Assembly: GCA_039794845.1 (NCBI GenBank)
Contig: JAUQVK010000092.1
Span: forward strand, 1,984 to 36,857
DNA: 34,874 nt
Reading direction: 5' to 3'
Source of the DNA: Thermostichus sp. DRC_bins_24
GTDB taxonomy: Bacteria; Cyanobacteriota; Cyanobacteriia; Thermostichales; Thermostichaceae
The notes below the pieces were generated by a model that made no database searches, had not been told where the DNA came from, and worked only from the letters and a program-made list of their open reading frames with translations. Position 1 is the first letter of the stretch, and each line of letters begins with the position of its first letter. This document shows, piece by piece, positions 22,893-30,710 of the stretch. The translations under genes and the position numbers were made by a program.

Positions 22893-23720
22893 ATGTCGAA
22901 TTTGCGTCGTTCTTCTGCACCTCCCCGCCGGTGGGGATCCCGTTTGGCCCTCAGTTGCGTGGCATTGGGGTTGGTCAGCAGTTGTGGGTTGCTGAATTGG
23001 GTGCGAGAGCGTGGTGCTCAGGTGGGCTTCCCAGGGGCCAACACTTGGCCCGCCTTGACCCGTTCCGCCCTGTGGAGAGACAGCCAAAGCATAACCGGAA
23101 CCCTGGGCTCTGGGGATCGGATCAACCCCCACGACGGCAGCTTTTTGGATGAGTACTCGATCACCGCTCAGCCGGGGCAAATCTTGATTGCGGCCATGGA
23201 AAGTGAAGCCTTCGATGCCTACCTAGAGCTGGTGGATCGGCAGGGGCGGGTGATTGCGTTTGACGATGACTCCGGTCCGGATGTGAATGCTCTGTTGGCG
23301 GTGCGTTTGCCAGAGGGGGGCACCTACACTCTGCGGGCCACCAGCTTTGAACCGGAATCCACCGGCGACTATCAACTCACCTACACCCTCACCCAACTGG
23401 AGTGGCAACAGACCCACTCGGGCCGCCTGCAGGCGGGATCCGCCCAGCACCCCGACGATGGCAGTTGGATGGAAGAGTACACCCTGGAGGCCCGCGCCGG
23501 ACAACTGTTGGTGGCTTCCCTGACCAGCCCGGATTTTGATGCCTTTTTGCAACTGTTGGATCCTGACGGAGAGGTCATGGCTTGGGATGATGACCAGGGG
23601 GGCGGAACCGATGCTCTGATGATCGCGTTTTTGCCGCGTGGGGGCACCTATACCCTACGGGCCAACACCTACAAACCCGGACAAACCGGGGCTTATGTGT
23701 TGGAGTACACCTTGCGTTAA
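22893..23720 (+). CDS. Putative lipoprotein with two tandem PPC (pre-peptidase C-terminal)-like domains
   Basis: Signal peptide ending in LVSSC; two ~100-aa repeats with DGS...EY, FDA.L.L.D..G.V.A.DDD.G...A and GTYTLRA..G.Y.L.Y. Confidence 0.75.
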   Translation: MSNLRRSSAPPRRWGSRLALSCVALGLVSSCGLLNWVRERGAQVGFPGANTWPALTRSALWRDSQSITGTLGSGDRINPHDGSFLDEYSITAQPGQILIAAMESEAFDAYLELVDRQGRVIAFDDDSGPDVNALLAVRLPEGGTYTLRATSFEPESTGDYQLTYTLTQLEWQQTHSGRLQAGSAQHPDDGSWMEEYTLEARAGQLLVASLTSPDFDAFLQLLDPDGEVMAWDDDQGGGTDALMIAFLPRGGTYTLRANTYKPGQTGAYVLEYTLR

Positions 23721-23757
23721 AGTGTCGGTTGAATCGCCATCCTAACCCCCATTCCTT

Positions 23758-23787
23758 GGGCCATTTGAACCGGGGCCATTTGAACCG
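23758..23787. repeat. 15-bp tandem duplication GGGCCATTTGAACCG x2
   Basis: Exact adjacent repeat in the intergenic region. Confidence 0.85.
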
Positions 23788-24050
23788 TTTGTTGCAGCCT
23801 TGGATGTCGAGATTTTGACGGTAATCATTATTTTTTAATATTGAGTCTAAGAACCCTCAGAGGCAAGTCGTCAAAAGCCTTGTGGATCAGGGGTTTCAGG
23901 CACTTCATAAGGGTATGTGGGCAAGCATGACATCTTATCCTAAGTTATGACGGAGCCGAAATATTCCCCACCCGGAAGCAGTCTCTTTTCTAGAATCAGG
24001 GCATATGGCCTAGACCCCTTTCGAGCAGTCCAGACCCTATTCCTTACAAG

Positions 24051-24266
24051 ATGGATGCCATGACTCCTGAAATGGTACGCCAGTTTTGGTCCTTGGTCAG
24101 CGAGATCGGCAGGCCAGATTGGCTCACACAGCGCGATGATGATCTGGTGCGTTTGCTCCTCAATGCCTGTCAAAAAAAACATGCCCTTAGCAATGTCGAT
24201 GCTTCGATTCTGAATCGTTACATCAGCATTCGCTTACCCTTGATCCGTGATATTGTCCTGAACTAA
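24051..24266 (+). CDS. Small conserved cyanobacterial hypothetical protein
   Basis: MTP...RQ.WSLV..DD.LV..LL..YI..RLPLIRD pattern recalled from small cyanobacterial proteins; 6 bp before the next gene. Confidence 0.7.
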   Translation: MDAMTPEMVRQFWSLVSEIGRPDWLTQRDDDLVRLLLNACQKKHALSNVDASILNRYISIRLPLIRDIVLN

Positions 24267-24272
24267 ACCAGG

Positions 24273-24611
24273 ATGGAGCGGAGTTCCCTCATCATGTTGA
24301 TCGCACAAGTCACCCTGCTGATCTACGGCGTATTGCTTTTGGTGGGCGGCGTGATCGGCTACGCGAAGGCCAGAAGCCCCAAGTCTTTGGTGGGGGGTCT
24401 GGTGGGGGCTGCCCTCAGTGGGGTGAGCTACTGGCTGCTGGGAAGGGATCCCCGCTGGGGCCTAGGGTTAGGCCTAGCGACGGCAATTTTATTCGCCATC
24501 GTTTTTGCCCTGCGCTACCGCAAAACCCAACGTTTTATGCCCGCCGGCTTGATGGCGATCCTGAGCTTGGGGGTAGCCGCCCTCTTGGGCTTTGGTTTTG
24601 GGTTGGCCTGA
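24273..24611 (+). CDS. TMEM14 family membrane protein
   Basis: YG.LL.VGG.IGY.KA.S..SL.GG and R..KT.RFMPAGL motifs. Start could be the ATG at 24294. Confidence 0.88.
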   Translation: MERSSLIMLIAQVTLLIYGVLLLVGGVIGYAKARSPKSLVGGLVGAALSGVSYWLLGRDPRWGLGLGLATAILFAIVFALRYRKTQRFMPAGLMAILSLGVAALLGFGFGLA

Positions 24612-24617
24612 CCGTTC

Positions 24618-24977
24618 TTAGGACACCTCCGATACACACTCGATGCGGTCAATTTTCAGCTCCCGGCCTGAGCGGATCTCCTCCATCGGGGAGCCACATC
24701 TGGGGCAGGCATAGCGCCGGCCAATCTCCGGCTCATACTCTTGGCCACAGGGATGACAGTAGGCGACCAGCGGCGTTTCGCGGATAATCAGTCGGGATCC
24801 TTCTAGGAAGGTGCCCTGAGTCTGCACCGCATAGGCCAACTCGAGGCTGACGGGCTCCACACAGGTGAACCGCCCCACAATCAGATGCACCTGGGTAATC
24901 TGGGGCCGCTGCGGCTGGCTTTGCCACCAGTCCCGTAGGGTTTGGATGAGGGCCCGCGTCATATCGGTTTCATGCAC
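24618..24977 (-). CDS. hypA: HypA-family nickel metallochaperone (guanidine hydrolase accessory, GhaA-like)
   Basis: MHE start, two CxxC motifs (CHPC, CPRC), SGREL; 3 bp downstream of gdmH. Confidence 0.9.
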   Translation of the reverse strand: MHETDMTRALIQTLRDWWQSQPQRPQITQVHLIVGRFTCVEPVSLELAYAVQTQGTFLEGSRLIIRETPLVAYCHPCGQEYEPEIGRRYACPRCGSPMEEIRSGRELKIDRIECVSEVS

Positions 24978-24980
24978 CCT

Positions 24981-26159
24981 TCACCTCCAGTCGCCCGCCA
25001 CTTCCGGCTCTGCTTCGGGGTGAATGTAGGCGGGTTTTTCCCGACGGGGCAGTTGGCCCGAGACCACCAAATGGGCCAGGGTATCACAAATAACCCGTGT
25101 TGCCATGAGGGCAGTGATGTCGCTGATGTCGTAAGGGGGAGACACCTCCACCACCTCCAGCCCACACACGGGCGCCTCCCGCACAATGCGCTTAAGCAAG
25201 TAGAGGGCTTCCCGCGGCAGTAACCCACCCGGTTCCGGCCAACCCGTGCCCGGCACAAAGCCTGCGTCGATGCAGTCGATATCGAAGCTGATGTAAACAC
25301 AGTCGGTGCCGTCCAAGGCTTTTTCCAAGGCAAAATCTGCCGCTGCATCCAACCCCATTTCGGTAATATCCGTAACGGTGAGGATGTTGGTGGCCCGCTC
25401 CCGACACACCTTTACCCCTTGCCGGGGCACTTGCCAGCCGCCGATGCCCAGTTGCACCAGGTTGTGGGCGGGCGCATTGCGAATGTTGGTGGCGTGAAAC
25501 CAGGGACAGGTGTGCATGCGCTCATCCAGGTCGGTCTCTTGGGTATCCACATGGCGGTCGAAGTGGATGATGCCCACTTTTTTATCCCCCAGGTGGCGAC
25601 AGACCCCGCGCACGGTGGGGAACCCTATCGAGTGATCCCCCCCGAGGATGATCGGAAAGGCCCCAGACCCGAAGATGTGGGCCACCCCTTTGGAGATTTG
25701 GTCGAAGGATTTTTCGTTGTTGGCCGGGATCGTAAAAATATCGCCGACATCACAGAGGGTGATCTGCTCCCGCAAATCCACACCAAACTCAAAGTTATAG
25801 GGGGTATACAGGGCGGAAATGCGACGGATCCCTTGGGGGCCAAAGCGGGTGCCGGGCCGATAGGTGGTACCCGAGTCATGGGGCACGCCCACCACCGCCA
25901 CATCGAACTCCCCGACGTTGCGCACATCCTCCAGGTAGGGTGCTTTGAGGAAGGTGTTGATGCCCGCGAAATGGGGCAATTCGCCACGAGAGAAAGTGGG
26001 AATGGAGCGATCGCCAATACTGGCTGCGGCTTCTAGACCGAACTCCAGGCCACGACTGACCTCCTGCTGCCACCCTGACAAGGGTAGCCCCGCCTCTTTG
26101 GCCAAGGCCGCCTGGGCCTCGCTGGAAAAGCCGTTGTTCGCGTTCGATTCGGTGGTCAT
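24981..26159 (-). CDS. gdmH: Ni-dependent guanidine hydrolase (arginase/agmatinase family)
   Basis: FSRGELPHFAGINTF, GGDHS, HFDRHVD, MHTCPW, GGWQVPR, SFDIDCID..PGTGWPEPGG; lies downstream of a guanidine-I riboswitch and upstream of hypA. ATG at 26159 (the longer ORF runs through the riboswitch). Confidence 0.9.
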   Translation of the reverse strand: MTTESNANNGFSSEAQAALAKEAGLPLSGWQQEVSRGLEFGLEAAASIGDRSIPTFSRGELPHFAGINTFLKAPYLEDVRNVGEFDVAVVGVPHDSGTTYRPGTRFGPQGIRRISALYTPYNFEFGVDLREQITLCDVGDIFTIPANNEKSFDQISKGVAHIFGSGAFPIILGGDHSIGFPTVRGVCRHLGDKKVGIIHFDRHVDTQETDLDERMHTCPWFHATNIRNAPAHNLVQLGIGGWQVPRQGVKVCRERATNILTVTDITEMGLDAAADFALEKALDGTDCVYISFDIDCIDAGFVPGTGWPEPGGLLPREALYLLKRIVREAPVCGLEVVEVSPPYDISDITALMATRVICDTLAHLVVSGQLPRREKPAYIHPEAEPEVAGDWR

Positions 26160-26178
26160 GATGGGATCCCTTGTGTCC

Positions 26179-26223
26179 AACAACAAACCCGGAAGGCCGC
26201 TGCGTGGTGCTAGCTCTCCCGGG
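26179..26223 (-). terminator. Riboswitch expression-platform terminator
   Basis: Minus strand CCCGGGAG..CUUCCGGG followed by UUUGUUGUU; the 5' arm is the 3' tail of the aptamer. Confidence 0.65.
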
Positions 26224-26330
26224 CTTTTATCCCTCCGTGTGTCCGACGGCTGCAAAGGAGGCGCCGGATTCCTCTCTTGGACCAGACGTTCAGAAACAGA
26301 ACCGAGTCAGAACCGGAACCCTAGAGGTTT
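26214..26330 (-). ncRNA. Guanidine-I (ykkC-yxkD) riboswitch
   Basis: Minus strand CCUCUAGGGUUCCG..CUGGUCCAAGAGAGG..ACACGGAGGGAUAAAAGCCCGGGAG contains all hallmark motifs, in the 5' UTR of gdmH. Confidence 0.93.
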
Positions 26331-26396
26331 TGTATGGGGTTTGCCTCAATCCTACAGTGAGTTGGCCCATTCAGCGCAGGCAGGGTCGGCTGGAGG

Positions 26397-27614
26397 TTAG
26401 GTGGTGTATTCGGCATTGATGCGCACGTAGTCGTAGCTGAGATCGCACCCCCAAGCAACACCCTGACCGGATCCCTGGTGGAGATCCACCGTGAAGGTAA
26501 CGGGATCCCCTTTTAGATACTCCGAAGCGGCTTTGCGATCAAAAGCCAAGGGCATGCCCGCCTGCATCAGCAGAAACTCCCCCAGCCGAATATCCAAGCG
26601 GCGACTGTCGAACGGGATCCCGGCCCGACCTGCTGCTGCTGCCACCCGTCCCCAATTGGGATCGTTGCCAAAAGCCGCCGATTTAACCAAGGGGGAACTG
26701 GCGATCACACGGGCAATCTGCCGGGCTGCCGCATCCTCCACTGCCCCCTGCACGCGAATTTCCAGCAGCTTGGTGGCCCCTTCTCCATCGCGGGCAATCG
26801 CCTTGGCCAGGTGAATACAAGCCCGGTTGACCATCTCCGCCAACGTCGCTGCGGCTTCTGTATCCGGCTGCAGGATCGGGATCCCACTTTTGCCGTTGGC
26901 CAAAGCCAGGAGCATGTCGTTGGTGCTGGTATCGCCATCCACCGTGATTTGGTTAAAGCTCAGGTCGGCGGCTCTGCGAAGGATCTGCTGCCACAGGTGC
27001 GGCTCCACCGCCGCATCACAGGTGAGAAAGGCCAACATCGTTGCCAAGTTGGGATGGATCATGCCGGATCCCTTGCTGATGCCCCCCACCCGGACGGTGT
27101 ATCCCATGATCTCGGTTTCTAGGGCAATGCTTTTGGTCACCCGATCGGTAGTGATGATGGCGCGGGCTGCATTCTCGCCCCCTTCTGGAGAGAGAGTTTT
27201 AACCAGGTTGGGCAGAGCGGCTTGAATTTTCGGCATTTCCAGTTGTCGCCCAATCACCCCGGTGGAGGCGGTCAGCACCTGATGGGCCGGGATCCCCAAC
27301 TGTTCTCCCACCCAGACGGCCATTTGGGCGTTGTTGCGCTCCCCTTCTTCGCCGGTACAAGCGTTGGCTTGCCCCGCATTACAAAGAATGGCCCGTACCG
27401 GCTGCTGTTGGGCGAGGATCCCTTGATCGTAGGTGACGCAGGCCGCCTTCACCTGGCTGGTGGTAAACACCCCTGCCCCGACCGCATCGCACTCAGAAAC
27501 AATCAACGCCAAGTCTGGAGCCCCGGAGGGCTTTAACCCGGCGGCCACCCCGGCAGCCCGAAATCCTTGTGGAGCGGTGACGGCACCTTCAACCGTTGGA
27601 AATTGGGATCCCAT
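26397..27614 (-). CDS. argJ: Bifunctional ornithine acetyltransferase/N-acetylglutamate synthase
   Basis: NAGQANACTG, STGVIG, KGSGMIHPNLATML, DGDTSTND, DGEGATK, DPNWGR, WGCDLSYDYVRINAEYTT. Confidence 0.97.
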   Translation of the reverse strand: MGSQFPTVEGAVTAPQGFRAAGVAAGLKPSGAPDLALIVSECDAVGAGVFTTSQVKAACVTYDQGILAQQQPVRAILCNAGQANACTGEEGERNNAQMAVWVGEQLGIPAHQVLTASTGVIGRQLEMPKIQAALPNLVKTLSPEGGENAARAIITTDRVTKSIALETEIMGYTVRVGGISKGSGMIHPNLATMLAFLTCDAAVEPHLWQQILRRAADLSFNQITVDGDTSTNDMLLALANGKSGIPILQPDTEAAATLAEMVNRACIHLAKAIARDGEGATKLLEIRVQGAVEDAAARQIARVIASSPLVKSAAFGNDPNWGRVAAAAGRAGIPFDSRRLDIRLGEFLLMQAGMPLAFDRKAASEYLKGDPVTFTVDLHQGSGQGVAWGCDLSYDYVRINAEYTT

Positions 27615-27811
27615 GCTTGTCGAGCCAGGTAGTAATCTGCCCTGCCATATCATACTGGCTTCGCCGCATCGGGATCTGAGAGATCCCATTTCACAAATCC
27701 CATTTCACGCTTAGCCCGAGAATGGACCAACTGTCCCATAGAATTGCGGCAAAACACCTCGCAAGTTTTCCGTGAAAAAACCTCCAAAAACGAGACCTGA
27801 GGGTAGAAGTT

Positions 27812-27854
27812 GTAGTCATGCCTACCAAGCAGAAGCAGTGGTGAGGGCTATTCT
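27812..27854 (+). promoter_or_regulatory. NtcA-activated promoter of the ABC transporter genes
   Basis: GTA-gtcatgcc-TAC (27812-27825), a 23-nt spacer, then TATTCT (27849-27854), about 90 bp before the ATG at 27945. Confidence 0.72.
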
Positions 27855-27944
27855 GTCTAGGATGAATATGTGCCTCTACGGCCTTTTCCTCTTTCCAGCC
27901 TTGGAAGGGGGTCTCCCTGTCCTACGCCTTAGGAACTTTTAGCC

Positions 27945-28769
27945 ATGCCCGCTCCTGTGATTACCCTCAGCCATGTCAGCAAGGTCTACTCCAATGGCAC
28001 AGTGGCTTTGCAAGATATGAACATGACCATTCAAGAAGGGCAGTTTGTCAGCTTGGTGGGGCCATCCGGTTGTGGCAAAAGTACAGTGCTGCGGCTGATC
28101 GCGGGTCTGGGCCAAATGACCACAGGCTCCATCGAATGGGGACAAACCCTAGAGAACAGCCCCCCCAATCGTCAGGGGAACCACAAGTTGGCTTTTGTGT
28201 TTCAGGAACCGGCTCTCATGCCCTGGGCAACGGTGATGGACAATGTGCGGCTACCCCTGAAGTTGGCCGGTGAACCCAAGCAAAAGGCCGATCAAGATGT
28301 CTTGGAAGCCTTACAACTGGTGAGCTTGCGCGGCTTTGAGCGCAGTTTTCCCCGTGAATTATCGGGGGGCATGCGCATGCGAGTTTCCATTGCGCGAGCT
28401 TTGGTCACCAAACCCCAAGTGCTACTCATGGATGAGCCCTTCGGAGCTTTGGATGAGATCACCCGCAGCAAACTGAACAGCGATGTATTGGAGTTGTGGC
28501 AGGCAAAACGCTGGACGGTCATTTTCGTCACCCACAACATTTATGAGGCAGTTTATCTCTCCAATCGCGTGGTGGTGATGGCGGCTCGCCCAGGGCGAGT
28601 GGTGGCAGATATTCCCATCGATGCCCCTTATCCCCGCTCGGAGGAGTTTCGCACCTCGCCCCTTTACAACGACTATTGCCGCGAGGTGTCGGCCCGTTTA
28701 CACGAAGCCATGCATGGTACTGTTCAGGATCATCATCTGCGCCCCCTCTCTGCCGGGCGTTCTCGCTGA
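27945..28769 (+). CDS. NitT/TauT-family ABC transporter ATP-binding protein
   Basis: GPSGCGKST, FQEPALMPW, LSGGM, LMDEPFGALD, FVTH. Confidence 0.93.
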   Translation: MPAPVITLSHVSKVYSNGTVALQDMNMTIQEGQFVSLVGPSGCGKSTVLRLIAGLGQMTTGSIEWGQTLENSPPNRQGNHKLAFVFQEPALMPWATVMDNVRLPLKLAGEPKQKADQDVLEALQLVSLRGFERSFPRELSGGMRMRVSIARALVTKPQVLLMDEPFGALDEITRSKLNSDVLELWQAKRWTVIFVTHNIYEAVYLSNRVVVMAARPGRVVADIPIDAPYPRSEEFRTSPLYNDYCREVSARLHEAMHGTVQDHHLRPLSAGRSR

Positions 28770-28845
28770 CGGGATCCCTTGCTTGGTTTGATGTTGGTTG
28801 AGTCGTAACCCTCTGTTGTTTAGCACCCTTTACCCCAAGCCGACG

Positions 28846-29841
28846 ATGATGTTCGACCCTTTCACCCGCTTGCTGACCGGATTACGCCGCTGGCTGGGCT
28901 CCCTTATCGGCCTTGCTGAGCGTTTGCCCTTGCAAGATTGGGATCTGCCCAAGCTGGCCGGTACGGTTGGAGAAAAACTCAGGCCCCAACAAACCGATGA
29001 GGCTTCAGCCCTGAGTAGTGCCCCGGAGATGCCCCCGAGAGGGTTAAATCTGCGCAAATGGCTCAATTTGGATGTGATCGCCCCCGTGATCGTCGGGATC
29101 CTCTTCTTGGTGGGCTGGGAAGTGGCGGTGCGGGTGACGGGAATGCCCCATTACCTGTTGCCAGGGCCGATTTTGGTGGTGCAAACCCTAATTCGAGATT
29201 GGGGGGCACTTTTCCCATCCCTGTTGATCACCGTGAAAATCACGGTGGTGGCTTTTTTCTGTGCCACGATTTCTGGGCTACTGATCTCGATTTTGTTTAC
29301 TCAAAGCAAATGGATTGAGCGCAGCTTCTTCCCCTATGCGGTGATTTTGCAGACGATGCCGATTGTCTCGATCGCACCGCTAATCATCATTTGGTTGCGC
29401 AACAACACTTTTGCCGCCATGGTGGTTTGTGCCTGGATTGTGGCTTTTTTCCCGATTATTTCCAATACAACCCTGGGCTTGAACAGCGCCGACCACAACT
29501 TGCTAAACCTGTTCCAGCTTTACAGGGCCAATCGTTGGCAGACCTTGATCTATCTGCGTCTGCCCAGTGCTATGCCCTACTTTATGGGAGGCTTGCGGAT
29601 TAGTGGTGGCCTTTCCTTGATTGGAGCCGTGGTGGCAGAGTTTGTCGCCGGGACAGGGGGGCAGCGGGCTGGGATCGCCTACCAAATTTTGATTTCCAGC
29701 TTTAACTTGCAGGTGCCAAGAATGTTTGCGGCCCTAATCATGGTAACCAGTTTGGGGATCTTGATCTTCATTTCCATGAGTACTTTATCCGACAGGATAT
29801 TGGGCAAGTGGCATGAAAGCGCCATGCGTCGGGAGAACTGA
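28846..29841 (+). CDS. NitT/TauT-family ABC transporter permease
   Basis: LLPGP..V, LQTMPIVSIAPLIIIW, FFPII.NT..GL, LRLPSAMPY, GAVVAEF; N-terminal extension present and start uncertain. Confidence 0.9.
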   Translation: MMFDPFTRLLTGLRRWLGSLIGLAERLPLQDWDLPKLAGTVGEKLRPQQTDEASALSSAPEMPPRGLNLRKWLNLDVIAPVIVGILFLVGWEVAVRVTGMPHYLLPGPILVVQTLIRDWGALFPSLLITVKITVVAFFCATISGLLISILFTQSKWIERSFFPYAVILQTMPIVSIAPLIIIWLRNNTFAAMVVCAWIVAFFPIISNTTLGLNSADHNLLNLFQLYRANRWQTLIYLRLPSAMPYFMGGLRISGGLSLIGAVVAEFVAGTGGQRAGIAYQILISSFNLQVPRMFAALIMVTSLGILIFISMSTLSDRILGKWHESAMRREN

Positions 29842-29927
29842 GGGCACTCCCTTGGGTAGGCATGGAACCCACTTCTGAACAAGCTCAAGGACTTTACAGG
29901 CTTTGCTTTCGGCTAACGAATGCAACT

Positions 29928-30086
29928 TACAGCCCTTCACGCCCGGGGCACACCGGCGTGTCCGCCGGTCACCTGTAACAACTGCGGAAGTTGAGATCCA
30001 CTCTCTAGAGGGCTAGTGCTCCGCACCTCGCGGAGCGAGAACAGGAATCAAAATTCCTACTGTAGAAAACCCACGCAAGGTCGCTA
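29928..30086 (+). mobile_element. MITE copy 2 (degenerate right end)
   Basis: Starts TACAGCCCTT, ends AAGGTCGCTA; homologous to copy 1. Confidence 0.8.
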
Positions 30087-30261
30087 CAGCCCTTTACGCC
30101 TAGGGCACGCTGGCGCGTTCGCCCACCATAGGGCACCGCTAGTCATGTGTAACAACTGTGGAAGTTGAGTTCTAACCTCTGGAGGGCTAGCCCTCCGGGC
30201 CCCGCGAAAGCGGGAGCAGGAAGCACAAGCCCTGTCCTGGAAGACCCGCGTAAGGGCTGTA
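30085..30261 (+). mobile_element. MITE copy 3
   Basis: TACAGCCCTT..AAGGGCTGTA; shares the TA at 30085-30086 with copy 2. Confidence 0.82.
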
Positions 30262-30450
30262 TCCTGGGTTGCAGTATAGAGCTATCGAACTCGTCAGACT
30301 CGATGAGAGGATAGGCTACTTGCTAGCCGGAGATGATTTAGGATAAGGAGCTCGAATCGGCTAACCAGAGGTAAAACTCGCGCCGTATGCTTGCATCGGT
30401 GTCGGGAGTACGTCACACTTTGAAATCAGACCCAGTGGAGAGTATGAGCC

Positions 30451-30588
30451 ATGACACAAGCCAACTTGGGCTCTATGGATCTTGAGCAGTTACGGCGTTA
30501 GGTTTTGTCTCATTGAGAAGATACAGAGGCTTTTCATCTCTACATCGATCGGTCAAAAGCCTCCGGGCGAATGATTACCGTTAACTAA
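30451..30588 (+). pseudogene. DUF6887-like small gene with two in-frame stops
   Basis: MTQANLGSMDLEQLRR*VLSH*EDTEAFHLYIDRSKASGRMITVN*, stops at 30499 and 30514; ATGA overlap with the upstream pseudogene. Resembles the recalled LR.YVL.HR.D.EAF..Y.DR motif. Confidence 0.72.
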
Positions 30589-30625
30589 TGAGGGGTAAGC
30601 CTGCGGCACGCTGCGCTACGGGGAG

Positions 30626-30710
30626 CGATGACCCTCCGGGTCGTCCGGAGGACGATGACCCTCCGGGTCGTCCGGAGGACGATGACCCTCCGGGTCGTCC
30701 GGAGGACGAT
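30626..30710. repeat. Perfect 27-bp tandem repeat x3 with internal palindrome
   Basis: (CGATGACCCTCCGGGTCGTCCGGAGGA)x3 followed by CGAT; no spacers. Confidence 0.95.

Larger units (their letters stand above)
29862..30454 (+). pseudogene. DUF6888-like small gene disrupted by tandem MITEs and a ~75-bp insert
   Basis: Joining 29862-29929, 30262-30343 and 30419-30454 gives one frame: MEPTSEQAQGLYRLCFRLTNATYPGLQYRAIELVRLDERIGYLLAGDDLG/FEIRPSGEYEP*. Family name comes from the recalled LVR.DER.G..LAG motif. Confidence 0.72.

Noticed and set aside
24618..24977. Hydrogenase locus implied by hypA
   Set aside because: No hox, hup or other hyp genes are present; the context points to Ni loading of guanidine hydrolase.
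26160..26255. N-terminal extension of gdmH in the ORF track
   Set aside because: It runs through the riboswitch aptamer and terminator; the ATG at 26159 is the better start.
26331..26396. NtcA box for gdmH
   Set aside because: A possible -10 box (TAGGAT, 26354-26349) exists, but no GTA-N8-TAC lies at the proper spacing.
30626..30710. CRISPR array
   Set aside because: The repeats are directly adjacent with no spacers, and no cas genes are in the window.
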